A stretch of 64,000 nucleotides of DNA from Alphaproteobacteria bacterium (GTDB lineage Bacteria; Pseudomonadota; Alphaproteobacteria; Rs-D84): the NCBI GenBank assembly GCA_031549365.1, contig JAVBPX010000001.1, forward strand, positions 64,001 to 128,000, in the 5' to 3' direction. Below are positions 20,896 through 31,365 of this stretch, in pieces. The notes below the pieces were generated by a model. That model was not told the origin of the DNA. It searched no databases and saw nothing but the letters and a program-made list of their open reading frames with translations. A program made the translations under genes and the position numbers. Every line of letters begins with the position of its first letter. The stretch's first letter is position 1.

Positions 20896-21651
20896 CTACC
20901 GACTTGGTACTTTGATTGTCTTTTGAAACGTTTTGTTTTCAATTGGGAACAACGCTGTTTGACCGTTTTTTTCCACATTAATAACCAACTCTGCCTCTGG
21001 CTTTTTATTCAATTCCACATATCTATCAATTAATCCCTGACGCGTTGCCTTGTGATCAAAATCAAATGTGTTTATTTTACAAATATTTTTCAACAAATCA
21101 CGCAGAGCAATTATATAATCCAAACTTTTGCTGACTTTGGCCTCGTTTGTAATTGTAACCGTTCCATCAAACTTATTTGGCCCCGGTAAAAGCCTTGTGA
21201 AATCGTACATTTTTGTAACAACTTCTTTGTGCAAAAACCCAGCTGGAATAAAATCAAAGCCACCCTCATCTTCTTTGTCATAAGTTTTTGACGGAAACAA
21301 ATCTGGATTTATGTATGCATTTGAATCCAACCCATGTTCCTTTATGTATACTTTAATGTCCTTGAAGCCGTAACCTTTTACAACCCTGTTATTATCAAAA
21401 CGCGGATTTTTATCCAACTCTTGCAAAATAATCGAAACAACCTGATCTGCATTTAAATTCGTGACTTTGATGGTTGCCGCCTGACAGAATTTGTGCGCTT
21501 TGTATATGTGCTGTTTTGTTTGAATTTCTTTGATCGCATCATTATTAAAGTACTGACATAAAATACGATTATTGTACCCCAGGCTATTCCTGACTTCTTT
21601 TTCAAAAATATCTTTTTTATCTGTCATGATAACCCTCTCTCGGCTGGTCAA
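20896..21651 (-). CDS. Hypothetical protein
   Basis: 251-aa ORF with its own TTGACA-17-TACATT promoter (21696-21668); no recognised motif. Confidence 0.7.
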   Translation of the reverse strand: MTSRERVIMTDKKDIFEKEVRNSLGYNNRILCQYFNNDAIKEIQTKQHIYKAHKFCQAATIKVTNLNADQVVSIILQELDKNPRFDNNRVVKGYGFKDIKVYIKEHGLDSNAYINPDLFPSKTYDKEDEGGFDFIPAGFLHKEVVTKMYDFTRLLPGPNKFDGTVTITNEAKVSKSLDYIIALRDLLKNICKINTFDFDHKATRQGLIDRYVELNKKPEAELVINVEKNGQTALFPIENKTFQKTIKVPSR

Positions 21652-21720
21652 TTACAGTTGCCCTATAAATGTAACACACGACTGGCTTTTTGTCAAGTAT
21701 CTTGGGAATAAATACCAATA

Positions 21721-23754
21721 TTATTCCAAAACCAATAAATCTGATTGCAAACGTTTTATTTCGTCACGCAGCGCCGTTGCCTGTTCGAATTCCAGATTTT
21801 CTGCATGTTTTTTCATATCACGAGTCATTTTTTTAATCATTTGTTTAATATCGTCGGTTGACATAATTCCGTCTTTGCCATAAACGAATTTACGAGCAAC
21901 ATCGGTTTTTGGACCTGCATCTTCGGAAACTTGATCAAACACACTCTTTTTAACGGATGTTGGTGTAATATTATTCTCTAAATTATATGCTCGTTGTTTT
22001 TCTCGCCTACGAGATGTCTCGGACATCGCAGCATCCATGCTGGCAGTAATTTTATCAGCATACAAAATAACGCGTCCATTAACATTACGCGCCGCACGAC
22101 CAATTGTTTGAATTAACGATCTGGTTGAACGCAAAAAACCTTCTTTATCTGCATCCAAAATTGCAACTAATTCGCATTCTGGGATATCCAATCCTTCGCG
22201 CAATAAATTGATACCAACCAAGACATCAAAATCCCCCAAACGCAGTCCTCGGATCAATTCAATACGCTCTAACGTTTCAACATCGGAATGTAAATATTTT
22301 GCGCGAATACCATGCTCAACCAAATATTCAGTTAATTGTTCGGCCATTTTTTTGGTTAATGTTGTACATAAAACTCGTCCGCCACGCTCTATGACCAATT
22401 TACATTCATGCATTAAATCATCCACCTGATTCGTGGTTGGACGAACAATACATTCTGGATCAATCAATCCTGTTGGGCGAATCAATTGTTCAACCACAAT
22501 ACCGCGCGATTGTTCAATCTCCCATTGTTCGGGCGTTGCCGATACAAACACAGATAATGGGCGCATATGATCCCATTCTTCGAACATTAATGGGCGATTG
22601 TCGCGGCATGATGGCAAACGGAATCCGTAGTGAACCAAAGTATCTTTGCGCGCACGATCTCCACGAAACATTCCGCGGATTTGAGGAACAGACACGTGCG
22701 ATTCATCAACAAATAATAACGCATCTTTTGGCAAATATTCAAATAATGTTGGCGGCGCTTCGCCTGGTTTTCGCCCCGATAAAAATCTGGAATAATTTTC
22801 AATTCCACGGCAAGTCCCTGTTGCATTTAACATTTCCAAATCAAATTTTGTGCGCTCGGACAATCTCTGCTCTTCTAAAAACTTTTTGTTTTCACGAAAA
22901 TAATCTAAACGTTCTTTTAATTCTGCCTCTATATCCAATACGGCCTGATTGAATGTTGGGCGCGGCATAATATAATGCGAATTCGGATAAATCGTTACAG
23001 TATCCAGCACAACTTTTTTTTGCCCAGTTAAAATATCAAATTCATTAATCTCTTCGATTTCATTTCCAAAGAATGAAATCTTCCAACCACGATCCTCGGA
23101 ATGGGATGGAAATATATCCAAGGTATCGCCACGAACACGAAATTCCCCGCGGGAAAAACCAATGTCATTTCTTTTGTATTGTAATGAAACTAAAATATCG
23201 CAAACATCACGCACGCTTAAATTTTGTCCCACCGAAATTCCAACACGTGATTCAGCATATGTTTCCGGCGCCCCCAAACCGTACAAACATGAAACCGATG
23301 AAACAATAATAACATCGCGATATTCCAATAATGAACGCGTTGCGCTGTGGCGCATACGATCCAATTGATCATTGATTGAAGCATCCTTATCAATATATGT
23401 ATCGGTTGTTGGAACGTATGCTTCTGGCTGATAATAATCATAATATGACACAAAATACTCCACATGATTTTGTGGAAAAAATTGTTTCATTTCTGTATAT
23501 AATTGCGCTGCTAAAATTTTATTCGGCGCCATAATCAACGTCGGCCTTCCAGATTTGGCAATTATGTTCGCCATTGTAAAAGTTTTCCCAGAACCAGTAA
23601 CACCCATTAAAACCTGGCTCTGCTTGTTTTGGTCAATGCCTTCCAATAATTGGCGAATTGCCTCGGGCTGATCACCCGATGGCATATAATTGGAATCCAG
23701 AATAAATGGACTTTTATTCTTCTGCATTGGTATTTTTTCCTTGTTTTCAAGCAT
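21721..23754 (-). CDS. uvrB: Excinuclease ABC subunit B
   Basis: [40 protein letters not shown]-terminal UVR domain. Confidence 0.98.
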   Translation of the reverse strand: MLENKEKIPMQKNKSPFILDSNYMPSGDQPEAIRQLLEGIDQNKQSQVLMGVTGSGKTFTMANIIAKSGRPTLIMAPNKILAAQLYTEMKQFFPQNHVEYFVSYYDYYQPEAYVPTTDTYIDKDASINDQLDRMRHSATRSLLEYRDVIIVSSVSCLYGLGAPETYAESRVGISVGQNLSVRDVCDILVSLQYKRNDIGFSRGEFRVRGDTLDIFPSHSEDRGWKISFFGNEIEEINEFDILTGQKKVVLDTVTIYPNSHYIMPRPTFNQAVLDIEAELKERLDYFRENKKFLEEQRLSERTKFDLEMLNATGTCRGIENYSRFLSGRKPGEAPPTLFEYLPKDALLFVDESHVSVPQIRGMFRGDRARKDTLVHYGFRLPSCRDNRPLMFEEWDHMRPLSVFVSATPEQWEIEQSRGIVVEQLIRPTGLIDPECIVRPTTNQVDDLMHECKLVIERGGRVLCTTLTKKMAEQLTEYLVEHGIRAKYLHSDVETLERIELIRGLRLGDFDVLVGINLLREGLDIPECELVAILDADKEGFLRSTRSLIQTIGRAARNVNGRVILYADKITASMDAAMSETSRRREKQRAYNLENNITPTSVKKSVFDQVSEDAGPKTDVARKFVYGKDGIMSTDDIKQMIKKMTRDMKKHAENLEFEQATALRDEIKRLQSDLLVLE

Positions 23755-23798
23755 ACATAGGTATTATACTCCAATTATCAAGAGAGAGAATATAAAAA

Positions 23799-26780
23799 AT
23801 GGAAAAAACATCAAAGTCTTGGGTGTCTATGGCCCTCTGGGGCGGTTTGACTTTATTTGTCATGCTGGTGCTGGGGCTGGTAATGGTTCCACAATTTATT
23901 CGACTGGATCCTATGCGTCCTTCACTGGAAGCAGCCATGTCCCAGAGATTTGGCATGAGCGTTATGATCGATGGCAATTTACGTTTATCTCTGGTTCCAA
24001 AACCAACATTAATTGTTGAAAATGTACGTTTCGACGGTCCAATATATCGTGGATCAATTGGTTCTATGACATTTTCAATTCCAATATCCGAAGTCGTCCA
24101 TTATTCCCAAGTATCAATTCCAGAACGCTTAACGATAAACCGTGCAAATTTAATTTTCAAAGGGCCTATGTCTGACGCAGGAATGGCTTTTTTATCTTCT
24201 CCTCAAAAGATTGCAAACACTTTGGTTTTTCGCGGCGCAACATTTTCAGACGGCAAATATACACTGTCAAATATTTATGGAATACTGCGCCCGGCAGATC
24301 GCGCGAACATCTTCAACGGATCGTTTGTATTTAATCGAGAATCGTACAAAGCATCATTATTGCGCAACCAATCCAGATTTCACCTGGATCTTGATAACAC
24401 ACATCAAGTTTTGGATTTATCCATGGATTTTTCAATTCGTGATGATCAAATCCTGGGGGATGGGGAAATAAAATTGACATCACCTCAATTCGGAAAATTC
24501 ATGCAAACGTTGGGCTATGATTATTTCAAACATCAAATGTACCAAAATACATTCGCAATCAAAACCCGATTTTCATTAAATCGACATAATATTGATTTGT
24601 CCCCTTTATCATTTGCATCGCCTAAACTAACGGGGAACGGGATGATTCGAATCCCGCGAAATTCATCAACCGATATGGAAATAATTGAACTATCTCTTAA
24701 AACTGGTGATTTATCACAATTAATACCGAATGAAAAATCATTTGATTCTGAATTATTAAAACTGTTATCCAACCGCCAAATAATGTTGGATGGCAACGGA
24801 TTATTTACTTACAAAAATATGAATTTTAAAAAGTTTGTATTAAAATCCAAAACCGAAGAAAACAATATAATTCGAATCGATCAATTGTTAATCGAAGGTG
24901 ACACCATGAACATTGGCATGGCGGGCCGCATATCTTCCATTGATAACCAATTAAATATGGATCGTATGAATTTGGCATTTCGCATATTTTATCCATCCGA
25001 AGTAATAACATTACCAAAAACTGTATCCGGCATAAAATTGCCTCGCGAAATGTCTGGACAATGCCTATTGAACGGAACATATAAAAATTGGATATGTGAT
25101 CCAATGTTGATTGTTTTGCCAAATGTAAATGCAACTGGATCGCTATCATACACAACAACTGATAATGTTCCAAAATATTCATTGTTCATAGAATCTCCTA
25201 AATTGGATGTGTCCGACTTTGTAACTGCAGATGTATCTGGATTGCGCGACACACTTACATATCTACCATCCGTGTTTACTTTTAATTGGTCGTTAGGCTT
25301 TAAAACACCTGAATTTACATACGACGGCACTACGTTATTATCACTATCGGGCATGCTTGATATAACTCCAAAATCGGTTAAAATATCCAATGATTTACCA
25401 ATTACATATAAATCACAGGACCAAACAACAACCATATCTGGCGCAATTGAAAAAGATAAAAACTCTTGGAATTTTGTTGATTTTCAAATGAACAAAACAC
25501 AAATGAAATTATCAAACCAAGTTTGGACAACTGTAAAAATGCCATTGTCCGGGTCGTATTTCATGGATAAAATCGGAACATTAATCGCTTCTTTTAATGG
25601 ACCAATGTCATACCCTTCAATTAATGCTTCGTTTATAAATCCAGATTTTACTTTCGGATTTGAAAGGAATACTAACGCAAAAAATATGACATTTACAATT
25701 ACTTTGGCGGATGCTGCGGTCGCCGCAAAAATATTGTATCCTGATTTTTCAACAACATTTTTGCCAAACAATTTGAACGTATCACTATCTGGCGAATTTT
25801 ATAATGCTGGGAACACAGCATATATATCGAATGCTATATTGAAAATTGGGAAAACAACATTTAATGGAACAATCGAACATTTGATGGATTCAAATGGTCC
25901 AATTGTTGCGAATTTAAAAACAGAAACTGTGGATTTGGACTCTATGATTGATTTAAAATACAGGGACGATTACCAATCATTGCAATTTGTATCTCAAAAT
26001 CCATTTATATCCGCATTGCATATCCCAAATATATCGTTGTCCATCTCGGCAGGGAATTTGATTTACCACGGCATTTCATATGATTCGTTTTCATATGCAT
26101 TAAACACAAACAAATCATCAGCATCGCAAAAACTGTCTATTACAGATGCGGCTCTTGGATCTGTAATTTTGGATATAAATCGTAAAAATGGTGGATATGA
26201 TATCTCGGTCCAGGCAAACCGCTTTAAAGTAACCGACCCAATATTACCAATTAAAACGCCATTAAATGTACGCGAATCAGAATTAACAATGGATGCTAAA
26301 TTATATACATTCGGCATGACCGCGTATGATATTAATCGAAATATGAATGGAACTATATCATTTGATTTTTCAGACGGGATTATAATGGGACTTGGGTATG
26401 ATCAATTCTATCAAAAAACATCTTCTTTTTCCCGGGCGAACTTGGAAAATGCCCTGACAACCGCATTGACAACCGGCGCGTCTCGCTTTCAGTCTTTATC
26501 AATACGCGGAACATTAATTGATGGAAAATTCCAAACTGACCGCCCTTTTGTTTTAAAATCTAAATTTGTAACGATTACCGGGAATATGCAATACGATTCA
26601 GAATCATTAACATTACAATCAAGCATGTTGATGTTGGGCACTTCGGCCAATCCAAAACCAATATCGGTTGATATTATAAAAAATGGGATGCGCCAATTCA
26701 GCATAATGGAAATTCAACAAAACATCGACCCAGATTACACAAATTATTATTTTATGAATATGGGGAACGCACAAAATTAA
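23799..26780 (+). CDS. Large AsmA-like protein
   Basis: N-terminal TM then V.IDGNLRLSLVPKP; long beta-rich body; convergent with RHH gene as in alphaproteobacteria. Confidence 0.7.
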   Translation: MEKTSKSWVSMALWGGLTLFVMLVLGLVMVPQFIRLDPMRPSLEAAMSQRFGMSVMIDGNLRLSLVPKPTLIVENVRFDGPIYRGSIGSMTFSIPISEVVHYSQVSIPERLTINRANLIFKGPMSDAGMAFLSSPQKIANTLVFRGATFSDGKYTLSNIYGILRPADRANIFNGSFVFNRESYKASLLRNQSRFHLDLDNTHQVLDLSMDFSIRDDQILGDGEIKLTSPQFGKFMQTLGYDYFKHQMYQNTFAIKTRFSLNRHNIDLSPLSFASPKLTGNGMIRIPRNSSTDMEIIELSLKTGDLSQLIPNEKSFDSELLKLLSNRQIMLDGNGLFTYKNMNFKKFVLKSKTEENNIIRIDQLLIEGDTMNIGMAGRISSIDNQLNMDRMNLAFRIFYPSEVITLPKTVSGIKLPREMSGQCLLNGTYKNWICDPMLIVLPNVNATGSLSYTTTDNVPKYSLFIESPKLDVSDFVTADVSGLRDTLTYLPSVFTFNWSLGFKTPEFTYDGTTLLSLSGMLDITPKSVKISNDLPITYKSQDQTTTISGAIEKDKNSWNFVDFQMNKTQMKLSNQVWTTVKMPLSGSYFMDKIGTLIASFNGPMSYPSINASFINPDFTFGFERNTNAKNMTFTITLADAAVAAKILYPDFSTTFLPNNLNVSLSGEFYNAGNTAYISNAILKIGKTTFNGTIEHLMDSNGPIVANLKTETVDLDSMIDLKYRDDYQSLQFVSQNPFISALHIPNISLSISAGNLIYHGISYDSFSYALNTNKSSASQKLSITDAALGSVILDINRKNGGYDISVQANRFKVTDPILPIKTPLNVRESELTMDAKLYTFGMTAYDINRNMNGTISFDFSDGIIMGLGYDQFYQKTSSFSRANLENALTTALTTGASRFQSLSIRGTLIDGKFQTDRPFVLKSKFVTITGNMQYDSESLTLQSSMLMLGTSANPKPISVDIIKNGMRQFSIMEIQQNIDPDYTNYYFMNMGNAQN

Positions 26781-26992
26781 TTATTCGATTGTAATCGTTT
26801 TAAAACATATATGCGAATGTATCCAGATAAATTTTTATTAACCGAAATATCTCTGTCTTGATCAATTTTTTGAATTAATTTTGCCACAGATATATTATCA
26901 TCATCCGCCCATTTTTGGATCAAATCAAAAAATTCTTTTTCTAGAGTAATACTGGTTTTATGACCTTGGATTGATATTGAATATTTTGACAT
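26777..26992 (-). CDS. Ribbon-helix-helix domain protein (RHH_4)
   Basis: SISIQGHKTSITLE.EF...LI.KID...NLS..IR.YVL. Confidence 0.9.
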   Translation of the reverse strand: MSKYSISIQGHKTSITLEKEFFDLIQKWADDDNISVAKLIQKIDQDRDISVNKNLSGYIRIYVLKRLQSNN

Positions 26993-26993
26993 T

Positions 26994-27437
26994 TTATATC
27001 AGCCCCACCAATAAGCATTCATACATAGCCCGATAAATAGAGGCGTATTTTTTAACAGGGGACAACGTCATTACATCCAACATCCAAACAACGCCCGATG
27101 AATCAACCGCGAACCAAAATAAACCATTACGTCCAATTACCGTTTTTCCGCGTAATACCTTGTATGCCATTAATTCTTTGTTTACTGTAATTATACTGGG
27201 CAATATATACATCCGGCCATCGCGATTATATTCAGTAACACCAAATATCTGTGCATCCCCACAAATAATTCCATCATGCCGCATATAAAAGCGCATTAAA
27301 TCCATTGGCAACATTGCACACTGCATTTGCATTAACGAACCCTGGGCAATCTCAATTGCGCGTTCTGATGCCGCCGGCAACATGATCGCAACATCTTTTT
27401 TATTTTGTAATTCTTTTAAAAATTCTTCATGGTTCAT
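26994..27437 (-). CDS. SMI1/KNR4 (SUKH)-like protein
   Basis: PAASE..I......LP.D...FY..HDG....IFG pattern. Confidence 0.7.
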   Translation of the reverse strand: MNHEEFLKELQNKKDVAIMLPAASERAIEIAQGSLMQMQCAMLPMDLMRFYMRHDGIICGDAQIFGVTEYNRDGRMYILPSIITVNKELMAYKVLRGKTVIGRNGLFWFAVDSSGVVWMLDVMTLSPVKKYASIYRAMYECLLVGLI

Positions 27438-27438
27438 T

Positions 27439-27996
27439 TTAATTTTTTCCCTGGGTCATTTGTTGCGCAACTATTGCTGACGCAATTTCTGACATTCTGT
27501 CGGATGTAGTGTTACCACCTGCCCCATTATTCATTGAACGCAATGTTGGGACATAAACTTTTTTGGCCGGATTTGGAACAAATAATTCAGGCGCATAATC
27601 ATAACCCGCCGTTGGCGTTTTACCCATTTTTGCCATATAATCCATCGCCTGATCAATTAAAAAACGGTCCAATAATTGGCCATACGGATGCATAGCAACC
27701 AAATACATATTATCAACACTGATTTCACCGCCATACATCAAAGGACGCTTAAATTTTATTGATAGATTTTCTGGCAATTCCATATTTTGTAATAACCCCA
27801 TTAACATTGGCATTGATAAATTCATCAACATTAATTCTTCAACAGAATCGCTCAAAGACTGTAAAAATTCCCGCCGTATTTTTTTAAATTTTACATACCA
27901 ATCAGAATCTAATGTTACTGGGCGAAACGACACATGTTGGACTGGCAAATCATCCATCCCAAAATCTTTCAATTTCTGTTCCCAAATACTTTGCAT
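27439..27996 (-). CDS. Degenerate HNH-nuclease-like protein
   Basis: RREFLQSL...LPENLSIKFKRPLMYGGEISVDNMYLV..HPY resembles P.g..vHH..PL..GG.N...NLvL...pH with the His residues lost. Confidence 0.55.
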   Translation of the reverse strand: MQSIWEQKLKDFGMDDLPVQHVSFRPVTLDSDWYVKFKKIRREFLQSLSDSVEELMLMNLSMPMLMGLLQNMELPENLSIKFKRPLMYGGEISVDNMYLVAMHPYGQLLDRFLIDQAMDYMAKMGKTPTAGYDYAPELFVPNPAKKVYVPTLRSMNNGAGGNTTSDRMSEIASAIVAQQMTQGKN

Positions 27997-29204
27997 TATA
28001 CTTCACTCGATTCTTGGTTAAAATATGAATATATCGCATCAACAAATTCATCAAATGCTTCGTCTGGCCCTTCGGAATTTTTGTGGGCGCTGACAAATGA
28101 TTCCAACGTTGGCATATCACTTTGGTTTATGTTTGAAATAACAGAAACATCCAAAGCATTCCAAACAGATTTAATTTGATCCAGGTTTGTAATTGTGGCA
28201 TTTTCTAATAATAACCAGGGCGTTATTTTTATACCATCTTCATCTTCTAATGCTTCGATCGCCAGCGCACGAACCTTTTCAACCACATCAACCAGAGCCC
28301 AAACAGGCGACTTAATTTCGTCCCCAGATGATGATTTCCACAACAACGGCTCTCCGTTTTTCTCACCTTCGAATGCACTGATGTCACCAGAATTCGAACA
28401 AATTAACCCTATCATTAATTCTTGACCTCGGGTTGCCCAAACACTCGGTTTAATTCCTGAAATACTTGGGGAATTCTTGATAATAAATCCAGCATTCTCA
28501 AAAACATTTTTAACTTTTTCCATCGTATCAGAACGCGGATTAAATTTCGGACTCTTAGAAAATGGTTCAAACGGATCAGACATAACAACAGAATTTGAAT
28601 CTTGTTCCAACGTCGGTCCAGACATAACGATTGGCGCTGGCGGAATTAAACCATTTGATGGGTTAATCACAGGCATGCTGACTGAATCAGATTGAATGGT
28701 TGATAATGCTGCCATATTAATATTTGGCGCAGACAACATCGGAGGTCGAACCAATTGCACAGACACAGCTTCTGGCTCTACTTTTTTTTCAGAAATATTT
28801 TCTGATATATTTTTAACCTCGGCAACATTAACCGCTATTCTGGGCATACCAAAATCAATAGAACGTTCCGGAGTTGCAGTTTGATTCGGCATACGAATAC
28901 TGCCCCCTATGGAATTTTTCATTAATAATTTTTCGTCTTCCTCTTCTTCTGGTGTGAATAATTTGCGACAACACCAGGCAGTTCCGTATAAACCAACCAA
29001 CCAAATGATTGAAACAAAGGTTAACGTGAAATAAAAACCCATTGAAATATTCGCGCCATGAATTTGCTGATCAATAAAATATGACCAATGCGACAAAGAC
29101 AATAAATTAAAGGCATAGGTATGATTAACAAACAAAACCGTCCCCAATAATATAATACTGGTCCACAAGAACATCATTAAAAATGTATCTATTGTTTGCT
29201 TCAT
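27996..29204 (-). CDS. Membrane protein with Pro-rich linker and degenerate NERD-like C-terminal domain
   Basis: 2 N-terminal TMs; G.I.......W......KSPV motif; SD GAGGGG before ATG 29204. Confidence 0.55.
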   Translation of the reverse strand: MKQTIDTFLMMFLWTSIILLGTVLFVNHTYAFNLLSLSHWSYFIDQQIHGANISMGFYFTLTFVSIIWLVGLYGTAWCCRKLFTPEEEEDEKLLMKNSIGGSIRMPNQTATPERSIDFGMPRIAVNVAEVKNISENISEKKVEPEAVSVQLVRPPMLSAPNINMAALSTIQSDSVSMPVINPSNGLIPPAPIVMSGPTLEQDSNSVVMSDPFEPFSKSPKFNPRSDTMEKVKNVFENAGFIIKNSPSISGIKPSVWATRGQELMIGLICSNSGDISAFEGEKNGEPLLWKSSSGDEIKSPVWALVDVVEKVRALAIEALEDEDGIKITPWLLLENATITNLDQIKSVWNALDVSVISNINQSDMPTLESFVSAHKNSEGPDEAFDEFVDAIYSYFNQESSEV

Positions 29205-29256
29205 TAAAATCCCCCTCATCGTGGTATTATAACATACCACGTGGGGGTAATCCAAG

Positions 29257-30996
29257 TTATTCTTGGTTGTCGCGTGTCATTTGTAAAAATTTATCTCGGC
29301 GTTGCTTTAACAATTCTTCGCCAGACATTTTTCCCAAAACTTTTAATTCAGAAACAATTGCGTCTTTCATTTGATCCATTGTTGTCGCCCAATCCAAATG
29401 CGCACCACCGGCCGGCTCCATAACAATTTTATCAATTACGCCCTGTTCTTTTAATTCGGACGCAGTCAATTTCATGGCTGCCGCAGCCTGCATTTTATAT
29501 TGATTGTCCCTCCATAAAATAGAAGCACAAGATTCAGGCGCAATAACTGAATAAATCGCATTTTCCAGCATCATAACTGTATTTCCGGTTGCAACAGCAA
29601 TCGCACCACCAGATCCCCCCTCGCCCACAATCATTGAAATATATGGCGTTTTAATTGATAAACCCTGATGAATTGATGATGCCACCGCTTCGGATTGTCC
29701 TCGTTCTTCGGCTTCTAATCCGGCAAACGCGCCCGTTGTATCAACCAATGTGATTACTGGCAAATTGCATTTTTCAGCCAACCTCATCAAACGGGCGGCT
29801 TTTCTATATCCTTCGGGATTTGGCATACCAAAACGGTGTTTTTGGCGGGTTTCAATTGTACGCCCCTTTTCTTGGCCCATAATCATAACAGGAATTCCTT
29901 GAATATATCCCAACCCTCCAATTAATGCAGGATCCTCGGCATATAATCTATCGCCTGCCAATGGGGTAAAACGATCGACCATTCCATTTATATAATCCAA
30001 AAAATGCGGTCTGTTTTCATTTCTGGCCAATAATACTTTGGTGTATGCTTCGGTCTTTTCTTCTTTCGATTTTGATTTTGTGCTTGTCTTTTGTTGTACA
30101 ACTTCTGTCTTTGGCGTAACCACAGCCTTGATTTCTGGCACGTGCTCTTTGCGCATTAATACAGCTAAAACATCTGATAAAGTATCTTTTAAATGCGCAC
30201 GCGTTGTAACAATATCAATCATGCCATGCTCATATAAATATTCGGATGTTTGGAAATCATTTGGTAATTTTTCACGAATATTTTGCTCGATAACGCGACG
30301 CCCTGCAAATCCGATACGAGCACCAGATTCTGCGATATGAACATCGCCCAACATTGCAAATGATGCTGTAACACCACCAAATGTTGGATCCGTTAAAATA
30401 ACAATATATGGTAATTTTGCATCTTTTAATTTATCAATCGCGGATGTAGTGCGTGCCATCTGCATCAATGCTAAAACGTTTTCCTGCATACGCGCACCAC
30501 CAGATGATGTAACAATAACAAATGGTTCACGATTTTTAATGGCATGATCAACACCGGCAATTATCCCTTCACCAACAGCGCGTCCCATTGATCCGCCATT
30601 GAATTCAATATTCATAACAGCCATGGTTGTTTTGACACCACCAACGGCACCAGAAGCAACCGCAATTGCATCATCATAACCCGTTTCTTTGCGGGCTTCG
30701 GCTAATCTGGTTGTATATGGCTTTAAATCAACAAAGCCCAACGGATCATCAGACACATGTGGTAAATTAATTTTTTCATAATCCACGGAATCAAATAATA
30801 AATCAAACCTTTGCTTTGGAGTCATTCCAAACAAATGGTTACATTCTGGGCATACACGTAAATTATCCTTGTAATCTTTGTAATAAACCAACTTTCCACA
30901 ATGCGCACACTTTAACCACATCAATCGACGAACGGAATCATATCGTTCCAAATTTTTATTTTTTATTCCTGGCTTTTTCTTTTTCAATAACCACAT
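29257..30996 (-). CDS. accDA: Fused acetyl-CoA carboxylase carboxyltransferase beta-alpha (AccD-AccA)
   Basis: WLKC..C...VCPEC zinc finger, GGSMG, SGGARMQE (AccD); GDR...D, FGMPNPEGYRKA, GEGGSGGA, PESCASILW (AccA). Confidence 0.95.
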   Translation of the reverse strand: MWLLKKKKPGIKNKNLERYDSVRRLMWLKCAHCGKLVYYKDYKDNLRVCPECNHLFGMTPKQRFDLLFDSVDYEKINLPHVSDDPLGFVDLKPYTTRLAEARKETGYDDAIAVASGAVGGVKTTMAVMNIEFNGGSMGRAVGEGIIAGVDHAIKNREPFVIVTSSGGARMQENVLALMQMARTTSAIDKLKDAKLPYIVILTDPTFGGVTASFAMLGDVHIAESGARIGFAGRRVIEQNIREKLPNDFQTSEYLYEHGMIDIVTTRAHLKDTLSDVLAVLMRKEHVPEIKAVVTPKTEVVQQKTSTKSKSKEEKTEAYTKVLLARNENRPHFLDYINGMVDRFTPLAGDRLYAEDPALIGGLGYIQGIPVMIMGQEKGRTIETRQKHRFGMPNPEGYRKAARLMRLAEKCNLPVITLVDTTGAFAGLEAEERGQSEAVASSIHQGLSIKTPYISMIVGEGGSGGAIAVATGNTVMMLENAIYSVIAPESCASILWRDNQYKMQAAAAMKLTASELKEQGVIDKIVMEPAGGAHLDWATTMDQMKDAIVSELKVLGKMSGEELLKQRRDKFLQMTRDNQE

Positions 30997-31017
30997 TTTA
31001 AATCCTTTGGGATAAAA

Positions 31018-31302
31018 TTAATCTTCGTTATTCATTTTTTTTGCTAAATCCGTTCCCATTTTGAAATGCACAGATTTTTTGGCAGGCACAGCAATCATTT
31101 CCCCAGTTTTTGGATTATACCCAATCCTGGTTGCCAATTTACGAGGGGAAAAAGAACCAAATCTTCTTATCTCAACCCTGTGGCCTTCGGAAATTTTTTG
31201 CATAACTTCGGATAACACAGTATCAACAATTGCTGTTGCTTCGGTTAATTCCATTCTTGGGTACCTTACCTGAACGGATCTGATCAAATCTGATCTCTTC
31301 AT
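31018..31302 (-). CDS. ihfB: Integration host factor beta / HU-family protein
   Basis: MKRSDLI, RVEIRRFGSF, NPKTGE, VHFK. Confidence 0.8.
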   Translation of the reverse strand: MKRSDLIRSVQVRYPRMELTEATAIVDTVLSEVMQKISEGHRVEIRRFGSFSPRKLATRIGYNPKTGEMIAVPAKKSVHFKMGTDLAKKMNNED

Positions 31303-31365
31303 AATATCTTACTCCTTGTAACTTGGGATGATATAATGGCCTAAAACTTCTAAAAATTCAAGTTG

